IMG/VR virus record: IMGVR_UViG_3300031994_000006
Span: 143,795-207,794 of that record
Strand: one strand, 5' to 3'
DNA: 64,000 nt
DNA from: a virus
Lineage: Duplodnaviria > Caudoviricetes
Part shown: positions 34,311 to 45,500 of the stretch, in pieces
Layout of the letters: every line of letters begins with the position of its first letter
Position numbering within the stretch: the stretch's first letter is position 1
Translations under genes and position numbers: made by a program
Notes under the pieces: model-generated
Told to the model about the DNA's origin: nothing
The model's input: the letters and a program-made list of their open reading frames with translations, nothing else
Database searches by the model: none

Positions 34311-34751
34311 ATGATGAGAAGAATTATTTTGGCTGTCCTGATGGCCCTGTCGTTTTCGGCAACCGTCACGGCACGCCAGGCCGGTAGCACGGCCGTAAAG
34401 AGCGGAGAGTACCCATTGCAGCGCGTCATGGACGCGATCATACAGGTGGAGTCACAGGGAAACCCGAGGGCGCACAACAGGAACGGCGACTGTGCCGGAA
34501 TCCTGCAGATAACCCAGGTGCTCGTCAGGGAGGCGAATCAGATACTGAAGGACAAGAAGTCCAAGAAGAGGTATACGATGGCCGACAGGTATGACGCCGA
34601 GAAGTCGAAGGAGATGTTCAGGCTTATCCAGGCCAAGTACAATCCCGGCAATGACGAGGAGAAGGCGATGCGCCTGTGGAACGGAGGACCGGGATATTCG
34701 GTCAGGGCCACGGACGGGTATGTGAGGAAGGTACGAGCGAAGCTCAGGTAA
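34311..34751 (+). CDS. secreted lysozyme-like / lytic transglycosylase
   Basis: Signal peptide; MDAIIQVESQGNP, GILQIT and RLWNGGP motifs. Confidence 0.75.
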   Translation: MMRRIILAVLMALSFSATVTARQAGSTAVKSGEYPLQRVMDAIIQVESQGNPRAHNRNGDCAGILQITQVLVREANQILKDKKSKKRYTMADRYDAEKSKEMFRLIQAKYNPGNDEEKAMRLWNGGPGYSVRATDGYVRKVRAKLR

Positions 34752-34815
34752 CCAGAGAGCAGAGAGATCATGAGGGTTCGGCAGGTTAGGCCGGATCTTC
34801 ATTTTTTGTCTAACC

Positions 34816-34887
34816 GCCCCGGTAGCTCAGGGGTAGAGCGCTTCCTTGGTAAGGAAGAGGCCGGCGGTCCGAATCCGCCCCGGGGCT
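34816..34887 (+). tRNA. tRNA-Thr(GGT)
   Basis: Cloverleaf, loop TTGGTAA, T-loop TCCGAAT. Confidence 0.92.
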
Positions 34888-34915
34888 CTTATTCAGCTGT
34901 GCCTTTTTCCGTTGC

Positions 34916-35368
34916 ATGCGTTTAATGTATATGGAGAAGCATCGTTACAGTCATTTCGTCTATTTCTGGGTATCATATGTCGCCAGGCACAGGCTGTATG
35001 ACCATACTTCCAGCTATACGGATTACGGGAACTGCGTCGTCAGGCAGCCTGTCAGGCAGTTCGGCAAGGAATTCAACTCGGCGTATGTGACCGAGCTGCT
35101 GTCATACCAGCCGGAGCATCTCATGAAGAGCAGGTTCTATGACGGCATATACGAGCCGGGCTGTGACATAACCGTCATATCATTCATGCCGGCGACTAAG
35201 GACATGCTTACCGACCTGAACAAGTTCGATGCGCAGAAATGGCTTTACTTCGTACAGAAGAATATCAGGGAAAAGGCCGCGGCCGGTCCCGGTGAATACT
35301 CGAAGGAGCTGCCCAGGCTGATGACCGATCAGCGGTTCCATGAACTTGAGATGCTATATGATAGATAA
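34916..35368 (+). CDS. hypothetical protein
   Basis: ~150 aa ORF; the true start is probably MEKHRY. Confidence 0.6.
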   Translation: MRLMYMEKHRYSHFVYFWVSYVARHRLYDHTSSYTDYGNCVVRQPVRQFGKEFNSAYVTELLSYQPEHLMKSRFYDGIYEPGCDITVISFMPATKDMLTDLNKFDAQKWLYFVQKNIREKAAAGPGEYSKELPRLMTDQRFHELEMLYDR

Positions 35369-35371
35369 TAC

Positions 35372-35851
35372 ATGGAAGAGAAATTGGAGCCTGAGTTCCT
35401 CTGGCGTTATAAGGCGTGCGTATACAGGACGAAGATCGACGGCGTATCGGTGTTCCTGATGATATATCCGAGAAAGGACGAGGCGTACGGTCCCGACAGG
35501 ATCAAGTACACTGAATGGGCAGTCACGCTGCTCATATCCAGGAAGCGCGCCGTGAAGGAATTCAGCTTCGACAAGCTGAACTGGAACAAGTTCGAGAACA
35601 TGCAGACGGGATCCGGCACTGTAAAGGGACTGCTGTATGCAAAGAAGGCCCTGACGCATTTCCTGACCGTGTGGCTTCCGGATTACAGGAAGAGCAGGAC
35701 GGAAGCGTACAGGGACCGCGTATGCGTCTCCTGGACCGATAACAGGCGCCGTGACGTATACAGACGCTATCTGTCGGAGCTCGGCTTTACGGAAGGCAAC
35801 ATCGACCGCGAGGCGAGCTCGTGCATGTATGTCGACATAATGAAGATATAA
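35372..35851 (+). CDS. hypothetical protein (possible GNAT-like fold)
   Basis: TGSG..GLLYAKKAL...W.D.RRRDVY.RYL.ELGF pattern. Confidence 0.55.
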   Translation: MEEKLEPEFLWRYKACVYRTKIDGVSVFLMIYPRKDEAYGPDRIKYTEWAVTLLISRKRAVKEFSFDKLNWNKFENMQTGSGTVKGLLYAKKALTHFLTVWLPDYRKSRTEAYRDRVCVSWTDNRRRDVYRRYLSELGFTEGNIDREASSCMYVDIMKI

Positions 35852-35866
35852 ACCGAAGACGACAAT

Positions 35867-36400
35867 ATGATTTACAACTATGATCTGGAGGCCGCGATAG
35901 CCGGGGCGCTGTCGGCCTCAAGGGATGAGACCGGTAAGGTCGTGGACGAGCAGGCGGCGCTCAAGCTGTCCGTACTGAGGATGATGAAGACCGCCGTGCA
36001 GGAGGAGCTCAAGTCGCCCAAGCACAAGGGCTCACGCACAGAGCTCGATGAGAACGAGACCCTGCAGATATTCTACAAGGCGATGAAGACGCGCCGCAAG
36101 GCGGCGGGCATGTACCGTGACATGGGCGCGACCGTCAATGAGCAGAAGGAGTACGCCGAGATTGCCGTACTCGAGGCCGTGCTTAAGGAGATTGAGCCTG
36201 ACCTGCCTACGAAGGATGAGATATCCGCATTCATAACGGAGAAGTATCCGGAGTTCGGCGGCAATATCGGACTCTATATCAAGAAGGTCAAGGAGCTCTG
36301 GCCCAAGGCAGACACGTCGGATATCGCCGATATGGTCAAGGCGATGGGATCCGGTCCGGTGCCCGGGAAGACCCAGGGCGACTGGGAAATGCAAGGATAA
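35867..36400 (+). CDS. GatB/YqeY domain protein
   Basis: KLSVLRMMKTAVQEE...K.R..AA.MY...E..EIAVLE..LPTKDEI pattern. Confidence 0.7.
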   Translation: MIYNYDLEAAIAGALSASRDETGKVVDEQAALKLSVLRMMKTAVQEELKSPKHKGSRTELDENETLQIFYKAMKTRRKAAGMYRDMGATVNEQKEYAEIAVLEAVLKEIEPDLPTKDEISAFITEKYPEFGGNIGLYIKKVKELWPKADTSDIADMVKAMGSGPVPGKTQGDWEMQG

Positions 36401-36402
36401 AG

Positions 36403-36433
36403 AAATCCCGGAACCTCAGGTTCCGGGATTTTT
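36403..36433. terminator. bidirectional intrinsic terminator
   Basis: AAATCCCGGAACC-TCA-GGTTCCGGGATTT between convergent genes. Confidence 0.8.
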
Positions 36434-36436
36434 ATA

Positions 36437-37456
36437 TCAATCAGGACTCCATCTTTCCCATATGATTGTCGCGACGGTATCCGGATTGAACAAAATCAGG
36501 CTTTCCAGATCTTCATAGTTATACCGTCCGCCGCTCCAATGCTTTGTCTCGTTTACGATATCGACTATAAACGGATTTTCAGCCCCTATGTACAGATTGA
36601 CCGTTATGAAATTCGTCTCGATTCCTTCATCGGTCCTGTACTTTACGGGAAATCTCTCCAGGCTTCCGTAATACAGTTCGGGATATCGTTTATTCTCCTG
36701 ACGGCCGAACCATTTTATATGTTCGGGCAGTATTTCGACCTTGTGTACATGATATCCGGTGGTGAGCCTGTCTGAGATTATCTTGGTCCATGTCCGGAAT
36801 ATCTGCTCAGGGGCCGGTCCGGCCGAGTCGACGGCATCCCGGGCGGACTCCTTCTTCCTGGCAGTATTGCCGGCCCTGAAGGCCTCATTGACGGGTTTCG
36901 GTACAAACGGACATTCTGTCATGACAGGACTATCGGGATCCTCGATGATCGGCTCCTCATACATCAGCTGTCTTTGTATCTCGAACAGCGCCTCATGGAA
37001 CTTCCGGGCGAAATTCAACGTACTGACGCCCTGACAGGTACAGCTGAAGTAGTCATAGGTCTGTATGCTGTCACCGCGGATTTCCATCCCGCCGTCGAAT
37101 ACGTCGATTGCCATTACCCAGTCACACAGCTCGTTCTCATCCTGGTCACGCAGCCAGAAATGGACAGGTATGAACATCTCCCGGATCTCTTCATCATCGA
37201 AATCATCCGGAATGAGTTCACGCTCTATCATCTTCCTGTAATCATTTTCCCGATAGAATACAAGACGGACCGAATCTGTGGTGATATGAACCAGGAAATT
37301 GAACAGGTTCTTTTCCAGCCATTTCCTGACGAAATTCCTGTCGAACGGTATCTGGATACCTTCGACCGCATTCTGGGCGGATTCCTTCTTACGTGCCCGG
37401 TTACCCGCCTTGAACGCCTCTGTCAGCTGTCCGTATATCCTGTCAAGCCTCGGCAT
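36437..37456 (-). CDS. modular protein with 2 EAFxAGNxARKKES motifs
   Basis: Motifs at 37379-37420 and 36845-36886; N-terminus RLDRIYGQLTE shared with 38951-39553. Confidence 0.8.
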   Translation of the reverse strand: MPRLDRIYGQLTEAFKAGNRARKKESAQNAVEGIQIPFDRNFVRKWLEKNLFNFLVHITTDSVRLVFYRENDYRKMIERELIPDDFDDEEIREMFIPVHFWLRDQDENELCDWVMAIDVFDGGMEIRGDSIQTYDYFSCTCQGVSTLNFARKFHEALFEIQRQLMYEEPIIEDPDSPVMTECPFVPKPVNEAFRAGNTARKKESARDAVDSAGPAPEQIFRTWTKIISDRLTTGYHVHKVEILPEHIKWFGRQENKRYPELYYGSLERFPVKYRTDEGIETNFITVNLYIGAENPFIVDIVNETKHWSGGRYNYEDLESLILFNPDTVATIIWERWSPD

Positions 37457-37459
37457 ACC

Positions 37460-38083
37460 CTATCTGAGTGATTTGAAGTAGTCGATGATTCCCCTTGCGT
37501 GCACTTCGGCGATCTCGTCACGGCCCTCATCGCTCATTAGGAATCCGACGTCCTCCCTGTTGTCATGGAAGAAGTTCTCCGTCAGACAGCACGGGCAATC
37601 GGCTCCCTTGATTATCTGGAAGTTCGACTCGAAATCGGGATCTTTGTCAGACCTGTCGGCCCTGAGAATCCTGGCGGGCGTATTGTCCCAGTACCAGTTG
37701 GCACGGTTCCAGATACAGGTGGCGAGTACGTCGGACCTGTTCTGTCCCCTCGTCGTGTAGACGGACCAGCCGTGAGCCTTCATCCACTGTCCGTTACCGG
37801 ACGCGTTCGAGTGCACGGACACCATGACGCAGTTGCCGGCGCCGTACTGTGCACAGACGCGGTTGATGCGGCGTACGCGTTCGTTCAGCGATATGTCCTT
37901 CGTCTCAGGCACGACGATATGGACGTTGAATCCGCATGCCCTGAGAAGGGCTGTGGTCCTGTTGACGACGTCACGGGCGAACTCGGCCTCATGATACAGG
38001 CCGTCGGGCGAGCACTTTCCTCCGGTCAGGGGAGGCGTGCCGTGTCCGTTATCGAGTATAATACAGAATTTGCTCTTGTTCAT
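37460..38083 (-). CDS. N-acetylmuramoyl-L-alanine amidase (Amidase_3)
   Basis: ILDNGHG, HEAE, VSVHSNA and LTENFF zinc-amidase motifs. Confidence 0.9.
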   Translation of the reverse strand: MNKSKFCIILDNGHGTPPLTGGKCSPDGLYHEAEFARDVVNRTTALLRACGFNVHIVVPETKDISLNERVRRINRVCAQYGAGNCVMVSVHSNASGNGQWMKAHGWSVYTTRGQNRSDVLATCIWNRANWYWDNTPARILRADRSDKDPDFESNFQIIKGADCPCCLTENFFHDNREDVGFLMSDEGRDEIAEVHARGIIDYFKSLR

Positions 38084-38093
38084 GATATTTCGG

Positions 38094-38369
38094 TTATACT
38101 GTCTGGTCGACGACCTGTCCGCCGAGTTTTGTTATCTGGTCGATGAGCTGTGCGCGCTGTTTCTGATACGTAAGCGTGAGCTGGTTCAGCCTGAGCTGGA
38201 GCTGCTGCACCTGCTGCTGATTCTGCTGCTGGGACTGGGCCTGATCCTGCGCCTGCTTAGCGGCCGCGGCGGCCTGCTGCTGGTTCTGGACCGGCGTCTG
38301 GGCGGCCGCTACGTTCTGAGACGCCTTGCCGAAGTTCTCATACAGGCGGACTTTCACGTTCTTTGACAT
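38094..38369 (-). CDS. small Gln-rich coiled-coil protein
   Basis: 91 aa, RLYE near the N-terminus, GGATAAATA motif upstream. Confidence 0.6.
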   Translation of the reverse strand: MSKNVKVRLYENFGKASQNVAAAQTPVQNQQQAAAAAKQAQDQAQSQQQNQQQVQQLQLRLNQLTLTYQKQRAQLIDQITKLGGQVVDQTV

Positions 38370-38447
38370 AATTATACTGGTATTTTCAGGGATATTTATC
38401 CGGGGACCTGATAAATATCATTGCAATAGAAAAGGGTTTGAAAGACG

Positions 38448-38954
38448 ATGAATACCGAAAATACACAGGCCTTTGACAACGGCGGCAGGATCCTCGGATC
38501 CGTCGACAGTATGTCGTATCTCCCCGGATACGGCAGGCTGAGCCGTCTGCTGCAGCGGTGGCGCAGGAGGCATCATACCGGTATCGCGGATCAGTGGGTG
38601 TCATTCGGTGCCAGGGCGTTCGACATAGGTCTCGCATTCACGAAAAACGACCGCGCCTATTTCAGGCACGGCCGGATATCATACTATACGGAGTCGGTCT
38701 TCGGCGTCATGCAGGAGCTCAATCTCCGCAGCGCGATAGTCAGGCTGACATACGAGGGACCTGACTGTCCTGAGTTCAATAAGAAATGGCACGACAGGTT
38801 CCACAAGATGTGCAGGATGCTGGAACAGATTTATCCGAACATACTTTTCTGCGGCGGATGCGACCGCATGGGGAACCGCCTCTATACCTTCAACGGTGAC
38901 GGCCTGTCGGATCCGTCACTTATAGACTGGAATCTTAAGACGAGCAGGTTCTAA
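38448..38954 (+). CDS. PI-PLC-like phosphodiesterase-fold protein (possibly degenerate)
   Basis: DSMSYLP..., IADQW..GARAFDI..., FRHG pattern. Confidence 0.5.
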   Translation: MNTENTQAFDNGGRILGSVDSMSYLPGYGRLSRLLQRWRRRHHTGIADQWVSFGARAFDIGLAFTKNDRAYFRHGRISYYTESVFGVMQELNLRSAIVRLTYEGPDCPEFNKKWHDRFHKMCRMLEQIYPNILFCGGCDRMGNRLYTFNGDGLSDPSLIDWNLKTSRF

Positions 38955-39553
38955 CCGATCCGGTCACAGAAGCCGCTGTACCTGAGCCATTCGCTTCCGT
39001 ATATCCTGTAGTCGTCGTTTGGACGGATGACTTCATATCTGATATCTTGTCTCTTGACCCAGTCAAGAAGACCTTGTGAATTGATGATCCAGATTGACGA
39101 TATCGGTTTGATGAACAGTGATTTCGGAAGCTCGTCAATTCCGGGACAGTCGACTATATTCAGGTTGCCCGTGACATGCACGCGTTCCGGGAATGCCTTT
39201 AAGGGAAGATTCTTTATCAGCAGGTCACAGTCGAAAGTCAGGTCATTCGCAAGCTGTTTGAAATTCGGGCAGCTGTCGATAATCACGGTATAATAGAAAT
39301 GCGTTTCCGGCGGTATTACCGTGAACTTCTCGTCATTCTCCATTACAAGTCCCCTGTTGACCAGGTATTCGCCCGATCTCGAATCGATGTCAGGCTTGAT
39401 ATTCGTCTGTTCTGTGAACAATTCGAGCATCTTCTCCCTGCCGGAAACCTGCAAGGTATCCACGGTACCGGCGGCAGACTCCTTCTTACGCGCCTGATTG
39501 CCGGCCCTGAAGGCCTCGGTCAGCTGTCCGTATATCCTGTCAAGTCTCATCAT
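38951..39553 (-). CDS. LRR module protein with 1 EAFRAGNQARKKES motif
   Basis: Motif at 39476-39517; short LRRs. Confidence 0.8.
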   Translation of the reverse strand: MMRLDRIYGQLTEAFRAGNQARKKESAAGTVDTLQVSGREKMLELFTEQTNIKPDIDSRSGEYLVNRGLVMENDEKFTVIPPETHFYYTVIIDSCPNFKQLANDLTFDCDLLIKNLPLKAFPERVHVTGNLNIVDCPGIDELPKSLFIKPISSIWIINSQGLLDWVKRQDIRYEVIRPNDDYRIYGSEWLRYSGFCDRIG

Positions 39554-42537
39554 CCGTTATATCCTCCTTCACGATATTCCTCGAATTTCTCAGGATGCTC
39601 GACGGCATCGACAATCCTGTCGAATACGTATTCAAGACCCTGTGAATCGACTTCATCACCATCATACATATACGTCTCAAGTCCTTCGACGGAGAACATC
39701 ACATGTATGCTGTATATGCCGGTTTTCTCCAGCGGATAGATTGATATATTGAAATAGAACTCAAAATCACACGGCATATCGACATAGAATGAAATCGCGT
39801 CCCCGCCGATGTTCTTGACGTCATCGGGACTTACAAGATCCCTGAGCCTGTTCATCTGGGTATTCAGGACCGGAATGTCTGAATAGTGGAGTTCCTCGAA
39901 ACTGCCCTGTGCGGCATCGGCGGCAGACTCCTTCTTACGGGCCTGATTACCCGCCTTGAAGGCCTCGTCCATGTCATAGTCGTCATAAACCGACATCCTT
40001 TCAGTGACTTCTTTATTCCAAAATTCAATACAGTCGATAATTTCCTCTATGGATTCACTGACAGCGTCTTCAAATGTATCGTATATATTGTATGACTCAT
40101 TGACGTCCCTGCCGTCACAGGCTCCGCCGATTGAGAACGCGTATCCGTCTTCAGGATTCACCGGCACATAGATGAATATGTATCCGGCCGCATATCCGTT
40201 TTCGAAATCTATATCAAAATCATCAATGCAGCCGCCCCAGCTGTCGACTTTGATACGGTGCATATAATAATGTTCCTTAGGAGCGTCATCGATTTCGATA
40301 TTGTCGCCGAAGTTCTCAGCAGTCCATATGTTCGATTCGGCTGAAGCCTTATTGACGGCCTTGACGATCTCAGCGGCCCACCTGGTCAGCTGACCCTTCG
40401 GACTGTCGTCTTCAGTACCCTGGACGGCGTCGGTGGCGGATTCCTGTTTTCTTGCCCGGTTGCCGGCCTTAAAAGCTTCATTCGCATTAAGAATTTTATC
40501 AGCCAGACGGCGTTTTTTCATCCAGTCTATTTGTTTGATATTATGTCTGACCTGTGAATGAAGGGGACTGTTAGGTCTAACCGGCGGTGTAATTACCGGT
40601 ATATTGAGTTTTTCAATAAAAGGCATAAGACTGTCCGGAATATCAAAAATACTCCCTAAGTCAGTCTTGCTGCCTGAAAAGGCGTTTTCAAAGTTTAAAT
40701 CTGATGGAAGAGACGTCAGCTTATTGCAGTTTTTAAGATTTAAATGACCGAAATTAATAGTCAGTCCATGCGGCAGAAAGGTCAGTTCCGTACATCCCTC
40801 AAGATCTAAATCACCGACGGTCATTCCCTGTGGAAGTGAGGTAAGTCCGGTGCAGTCTTTAAGTATCAGATTATATTTTATAGTCAGTCCATCCGGTAAT
40901 GAAGTCAGTCTGGTGCAGCCTTCAAAATTCAAGCTATTAGGAACTGTAATTCCTTGTGGAAATGAAGTCAGTCCGGTACAGCCTTTAAGGTATATGTCTC
41001 TTCCGACCAGCAGATCAGCCGGCAAAGATACCAGTCCGGTACAGCCGGTAAGATCTAAACTGTCTCCGACTGACAGACCTTTGGGTAATGACGTCAGTCC
41101 GGTGCATCCGGTAAGATTTAAATTACATCCGATATTTTTTCCGACAGTCAGATTATCGGGCAATGACGTCAGTCTGGTACAGCCTGTAAGATTTAATGCA
41201 CTTTTAACAGGTAATCGTGGAAATGAAGTCAATCCGGTACAGTTCTCAAACTCTATACCATAACGAATGTTCATGTCATTCGGCAGATATTTCAATCCGG
41301 GACAATTCTTGACGGACAGAACACCTTCAGGAACGGCCAATTCATTCGGCAGTGCAATTAATTTAGGACAGTCTGAAATATACAGCGAGCCTCCTTTAAT
41401 AATTAATTTATCAGGTATGGATTTTAATTCGGGTATATTTTTAATAATACAATCAGGAACTGAATCATCCTGATAATAAGGCACACCGTTTTCATCAACA
41501 AAAAGCTCAATATTAGTCAGTTTTTTAAATCGTTGAATCTGTGCATCCAAACTCCCAATTTCTTCAGGAACAGCATCTGCAGCAGACTCTTTCTTACGTG
41601 CACGATTACCTGCATGAAAGGCCTCTTCTATATGAGATCCGTTCAATAAACCGGATATCATAGACCGATTCAGTCTGAACCAGAAATCGGGGCCCCATGA
41701 TTTTATAAAATCATCAATCGGATAAGCTAACTCCGCGTCAGGTGTAATATAAGTTGTTACAAATTTTACAATATATTCATAAGCCCATCTCACCGGACGC
41801 GATGAACGCGTTGAATCTGTAGAAACGATATCTTCACACCATGAAGCATAACTGTCATCATTATCATCTTCTTCAGGATCTATGAGTTCAACACCATAAT
41901 TAGGATTGAATTTTGTCCTTCTGCCATAGCCTGTTATATTAATATAAAGAAAATTATTCGGATCATCTGGATTTCCGTTATTGAATTCTTCAATAGAATA
42001 TTCAAAAGGCATTGCGGCATCAGGCATGTCCCGGTCGACGATTGTCATGGCGATTCGTGTCCATGGACAATCCTTAGGTACCCTTTTTATTATAATTGTA
42101 TAAAGATAGAGATTGCCAACGGTTCCGGCACTATAGAATTCATTTGTCCTGAGTTCCCAATCAGGATGCTGTTTTACGACACTTCGACAGAAGTTTCCTA
42201 AAAATTCATGACGCTGTCTGTCAAAATTTTCAAAATCCTTTTTATTTCCAAGCTGAAAATACTTAACAGGAAAATCTACTACACCATTTGCAGTATCGGC
42301 AACTGACTCTTTCTTGCGTGCCCGGTTGCCGGCCCTGAACGCCTCGTTCAGTTCCTCCCTATCGGATCTGCAGAACAGGCGGAACAGCCTGCCGGGGATC
42401 TTCTGGAGCCCGAAGTTCCTGTTCATCCATGCGCGTATGAACGTCCTGGGCGGCATCGCGTCCGCGTCGCCCTTTGCCGACCTGTAGCCGGTAATGCAGT
42501 CCGAGACCATCCTGGTCCACTCTATCCTGTCTTTCAT
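39550..42537 (-). CDS. modular polyprotein-like protein with 4 motifs, including a 21-aa LRR block
   Basis: Motifs at 42304, 41584, 40438, 39925; LxLxGCTGLTSLP repeats. Confidence 0.85.
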   Translation of the reverse strand: MKDRIEWTRMVSDCITGYRSAKGDADAMPPRTFIRAWMNRNFGLQKIPGRLFRLFCRSDREELNEAFRAGNRARKKESVADTANGVVDFPVKYFQLGNKKDFENFDRQRHEFLGNFCRSVVKQHPDWELRTNEFYSAGTVGNLYLYTIIIKRVPKDCPWTRIAMTIVDRDMPDAAMPFEYSIEEFNNGNPDDPNNFLYINITGYGRRTKFNPNYGVELIDPEEDDNDDSYASWCEDIVSTDSTRSSRPVRWAYEYIVKFVTTYITPDAELAYPIDDFIKSWGPDFWFRLNRSMISGLLNGSHIEEAFHAGNRARKKESAADAVPEEIGSLDAQIQRFKKLTNIELFVDENGVPYYQDDSVPDCIIKNIPELKSIPDKLIIKGGSLYISDCPKLIALPNELAVPEGVLSVKNCPGLKYLPNDMNIRYGIEFENCTGLTSFPRLPVKSALNLTGCTRLTSLPDNLTVGKNIGCNLNLTGCTGLTSLPKGLSVGDSLDLTGCTGLVSLPADLLVGRDIYLKGCTGLTSFPQGITVPNSLNFEGCTRLTSLPDGLTIKYNLILKDCTGLTSLPQGMTVGDLDLEGCTELTFLPHGLTINFGHLNLKNCNKLTSLPSDLNFENAFSGSKTDLGSIFDIPDSLMPFIEKLNIPVITPPVRPNSPLHSQVRHNIKQIDWMKKRRLADKILNANEAFKAGNRARKQESATDAVQGTEDDSPKGQLTRWAAEIVKAVNKASAESNIWTAENFGDNIEIDDAPKEHYYMHRIKVDSWGGCIDDFDIDFENGYAAGYIFIYVPVNPEDGYAFSIGGACDGRDVNESYNIYDTFEDAVSESIEEIIDCIEFWNKEVTERMSVYDDYDMDEAFKAGNQARKKESAADAAQGSFEELHYSDIPVLNTQMNRLRDLVSPDDVKNIGGDAISFYVDMPCDFEFYFNISIYPLEKTGIYSIHVMFSVEGLETYMYDGDEVDSQGLEYVFDRIVDAVEHPEKFEEYREGGYNG

Positions 42538-42538
42538 A

Positions 42539-45500
42539 TTATCCGAATTTCTCTATGTATTCTCTTAAATCCGCATTGAGCGAATCAATGCCTTCCAGGT
42601 GTACCTCAAGTATGCCGGGCAGATTCCTGTATGCGTACAGCAGTCCCGGCATGCCAGTATCCATCGATCCCGTCAGCACGCAGACATAATCACGGTTATA
42701 CTGGACGATCAGCCGGGACACGCTGTAGTTCTTGTCATCGGTTATCTGGACGCCGTCACATGTGTCATCCGTGAATGCGACCTCGGCCTTCAGCATATCC
42801 TTATAACCGCACAGCTCCAGTATCCTGTCCAGGCAGTCCGCGATGCACTGACCGGTTATGGACCGGTCATACCTTCTGTATATCCTGCCTGAGATAGGTC
42901 CCTCTTCCGGATCGATAACCGAATCTATGACGTCCTTGAACAGTTCCCTGGTGACCGGCCTGTATTCTCCGGCCGTCTGTACGGTATCCCGGGCCGTCTC
43001 CTGTTTCCTCGCCCTGTTGCCGGCCCTGAACGCCTCGCGTACGGCGCCGGCCTCTTTGAACTTATAGCATCGCGTGTACACCAGGTCCGGGACGAACTCG
43101 AGATTCGGATCACATGCCGCCTCGGCGATGTTACCGAACATGTTCGGCCATACCGCCGGTATGCTGTTGTCCGTAAGGGCCTCCCTGTTCCTCGGCTTGC
43201 CGTATCTGGTGCCGTCGGGCTTCTCCCAGGCATCGAACCATTCCGATGAGCAGTTCAGGAACTGTACTTCTGTCAGATCTGTGACATCGGGCTTTATCCT
43301 GTAGTACATCCTGTCCGCCGTGGCCTCTATCTCGAGCGTAAGCCCCGTGTCATGGAATCTGCGCCATGTTTCATCCCACATGGGATGACGGCCGAGCGAG
43401 ATCCTTATAATGTTGCCGCCGTTGTGAGGATTCCCTTCGTTTATGCTGACGTAGTACTTCAGCGAACCGTTCAGCTGTTTGTACGGCTCTTTTATATCGA
43501 TGGTCTTCTCATATCCGAGGCCGTCGAGGAATACCGCAAGTCTCTTGATCAGCTCGGCAGGTCCGTCGATCGCGACAGGGTGCTTGTCACCGACGCTTTC
43601 GACCGTATCTGCGGCGGACTCCTTCTTCCTCGCCCTGTTGCCCGCCCTGAACGCTTCCCGCATTCCGTTTTTCCAGGCATTCCACTTGCTGAAATCGCAT
43701 ATGTGCCATTTTCTCGGATTAGCGGGATTATTGGTCCCTTCTGTCGTATATCCGATATCATTCCTGATGAAGAACCTGTGCAGTTCAGAATCAGGCGAGA
43801 ATACTATACGGCCTCTGACAAGATTCGCGCCTGTCGGTATCTCTTTTATATTCGGGCAATCCTCCAGGTCAAGGTCTCCATAGTTGACGGTGAAATTAGA
43901 AGGCAGGCTTTCCAGGCCGGTGCATCCGTTAAGGTACAGGTCGAATCCGACATACAGATCCTCCGGCAGCCGCCTGAGGTTTTTGCACCGCTCGAGGTTC
44001 AGGTGATCCTCCACGTACATGTTGTCGGGAAGGTGTGTCAGGCCGTCACAGTTGATCAGGTTGACGAGCGCGTTGCACTGGACCTTCTCCGGGAAATGTA
44101 TCTCGTACGGATAGTCCGTGAAGTCCACGATGCTGCGTATGACGACGGTGCCGTCGGGCTCGATCCTGAACACATCGTCGATGCCGTCCTCATAGTACAC
44201 ACCGACGGGGACCTCGTTGTCCTTGCCCGGATTGACCGTGTCGTACCGTACGTCGTTTCCCTGCTGGATGAGCCATTCGCGGTATTTCATGACGTCGGCC
44301 ATGAACAGCTTGACCTGCTGCTCGGGCGTCAGGCCGACCGAGACGGTATCGCTGACAGACTCTTTTTTGCGCGCGCGATTGCCTGCCTTGAATGCCTCCT
44401 TGAGGTATCCGTGAGCTTTTTGCCATTCGCGCCAGTCTGACGCCTTTGTTTGTCTGTTATTGTTGTAACATGGTATCCCGAGTTTATTGAAGAACGGTGT
44501 CAGCGCACCATGGTGTATAATAAGATAGTCAGGATTGACAACCAAGTCAAACGGCAGGCTTGTCAGTGAGTCTGCCACCCACAGGTCTCTTCCGACTTTC
44601 AACCCGTCAGGCAGGCTTGTCAGTCCGGTACAGCGAGCCAGACTCAGTTCTCCCTGAACTGTCAGGCCTGCAGGCAAGTCTGTCAGTCCGGTGCAGCCTG
44701 TCAGATCCAGGTTTCTTCCGACTTTCAACCCGTCAGGCAGGCTTGTCAGTCCGGTACAGTCATACAGATCCAGGTCTCCTCCGACTTCCAACCCGTCAGG
44801 CAGGCTTGTCAGTCCGGTGCAATATTCCAGATTCAACCTTTCTCTGACTTTCAGATCATCAGGCAGACTTGTCAGTCCGGTGCAATATTCCAGATTTAAC
44901 CCTTCTCCGACTTTCAGGCCGGCCGGCAGGCTTGTCAGTCCGGTGCAATATTCCAGATTCAAGTCTCCTCCAACCTCCAGGTCTCCTGGCAGGCTTGTCA
45001 GTCCGGTACAGCCTGACAGGTTCAGCTCTCCATTGACTTTCAGGCCGGCCGGCAGGCTGGTCAGTTCGGTCCAGCCTTCCAGATTTAACCCTTCTTCAAC
45101 TTCCAGTCTGTCAGGCAGACCTGTCAGTCCTTCGGTGTCATCTGACAGATATAGGTATCCGTTAAAGTATGGATGTCCGTCCCTGATTTCGAGTTCCATG
45201 TCGGTCTGCTTCTTGAACAGATCAATCTGCGCCTGTATGGTATCGACCGTCTCAACGGCATCCTGTGCGGACTCTTTCTTGCGTGCGCGGTTACCTGCTC
45301 TGAAGGCCTCGTCCGTCTTACCGATGAGATGGCGGCGTTCCATCCAGTCTTCGGCGGCGACTTGTCCGTGTTTGTCGATTTTGATGCCGAGCCGGTTCAG
45401 GAAAGGCTTCAGGCTGTCAGGGACGTTGTATATTGAATTGCTCTGGATATCCTTGATTTCGATTTTCAGATCGGCGGGCAGCTCGGTGATGCCGTCGCAT

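Noticed and set aside
38358-38369. Fourth boxA-like GTTCTTTGACAT
   Set aside because: It is the reverse complement of the first codons (MSKN) of the 38094-38369 gene, and no RNA genes follow.
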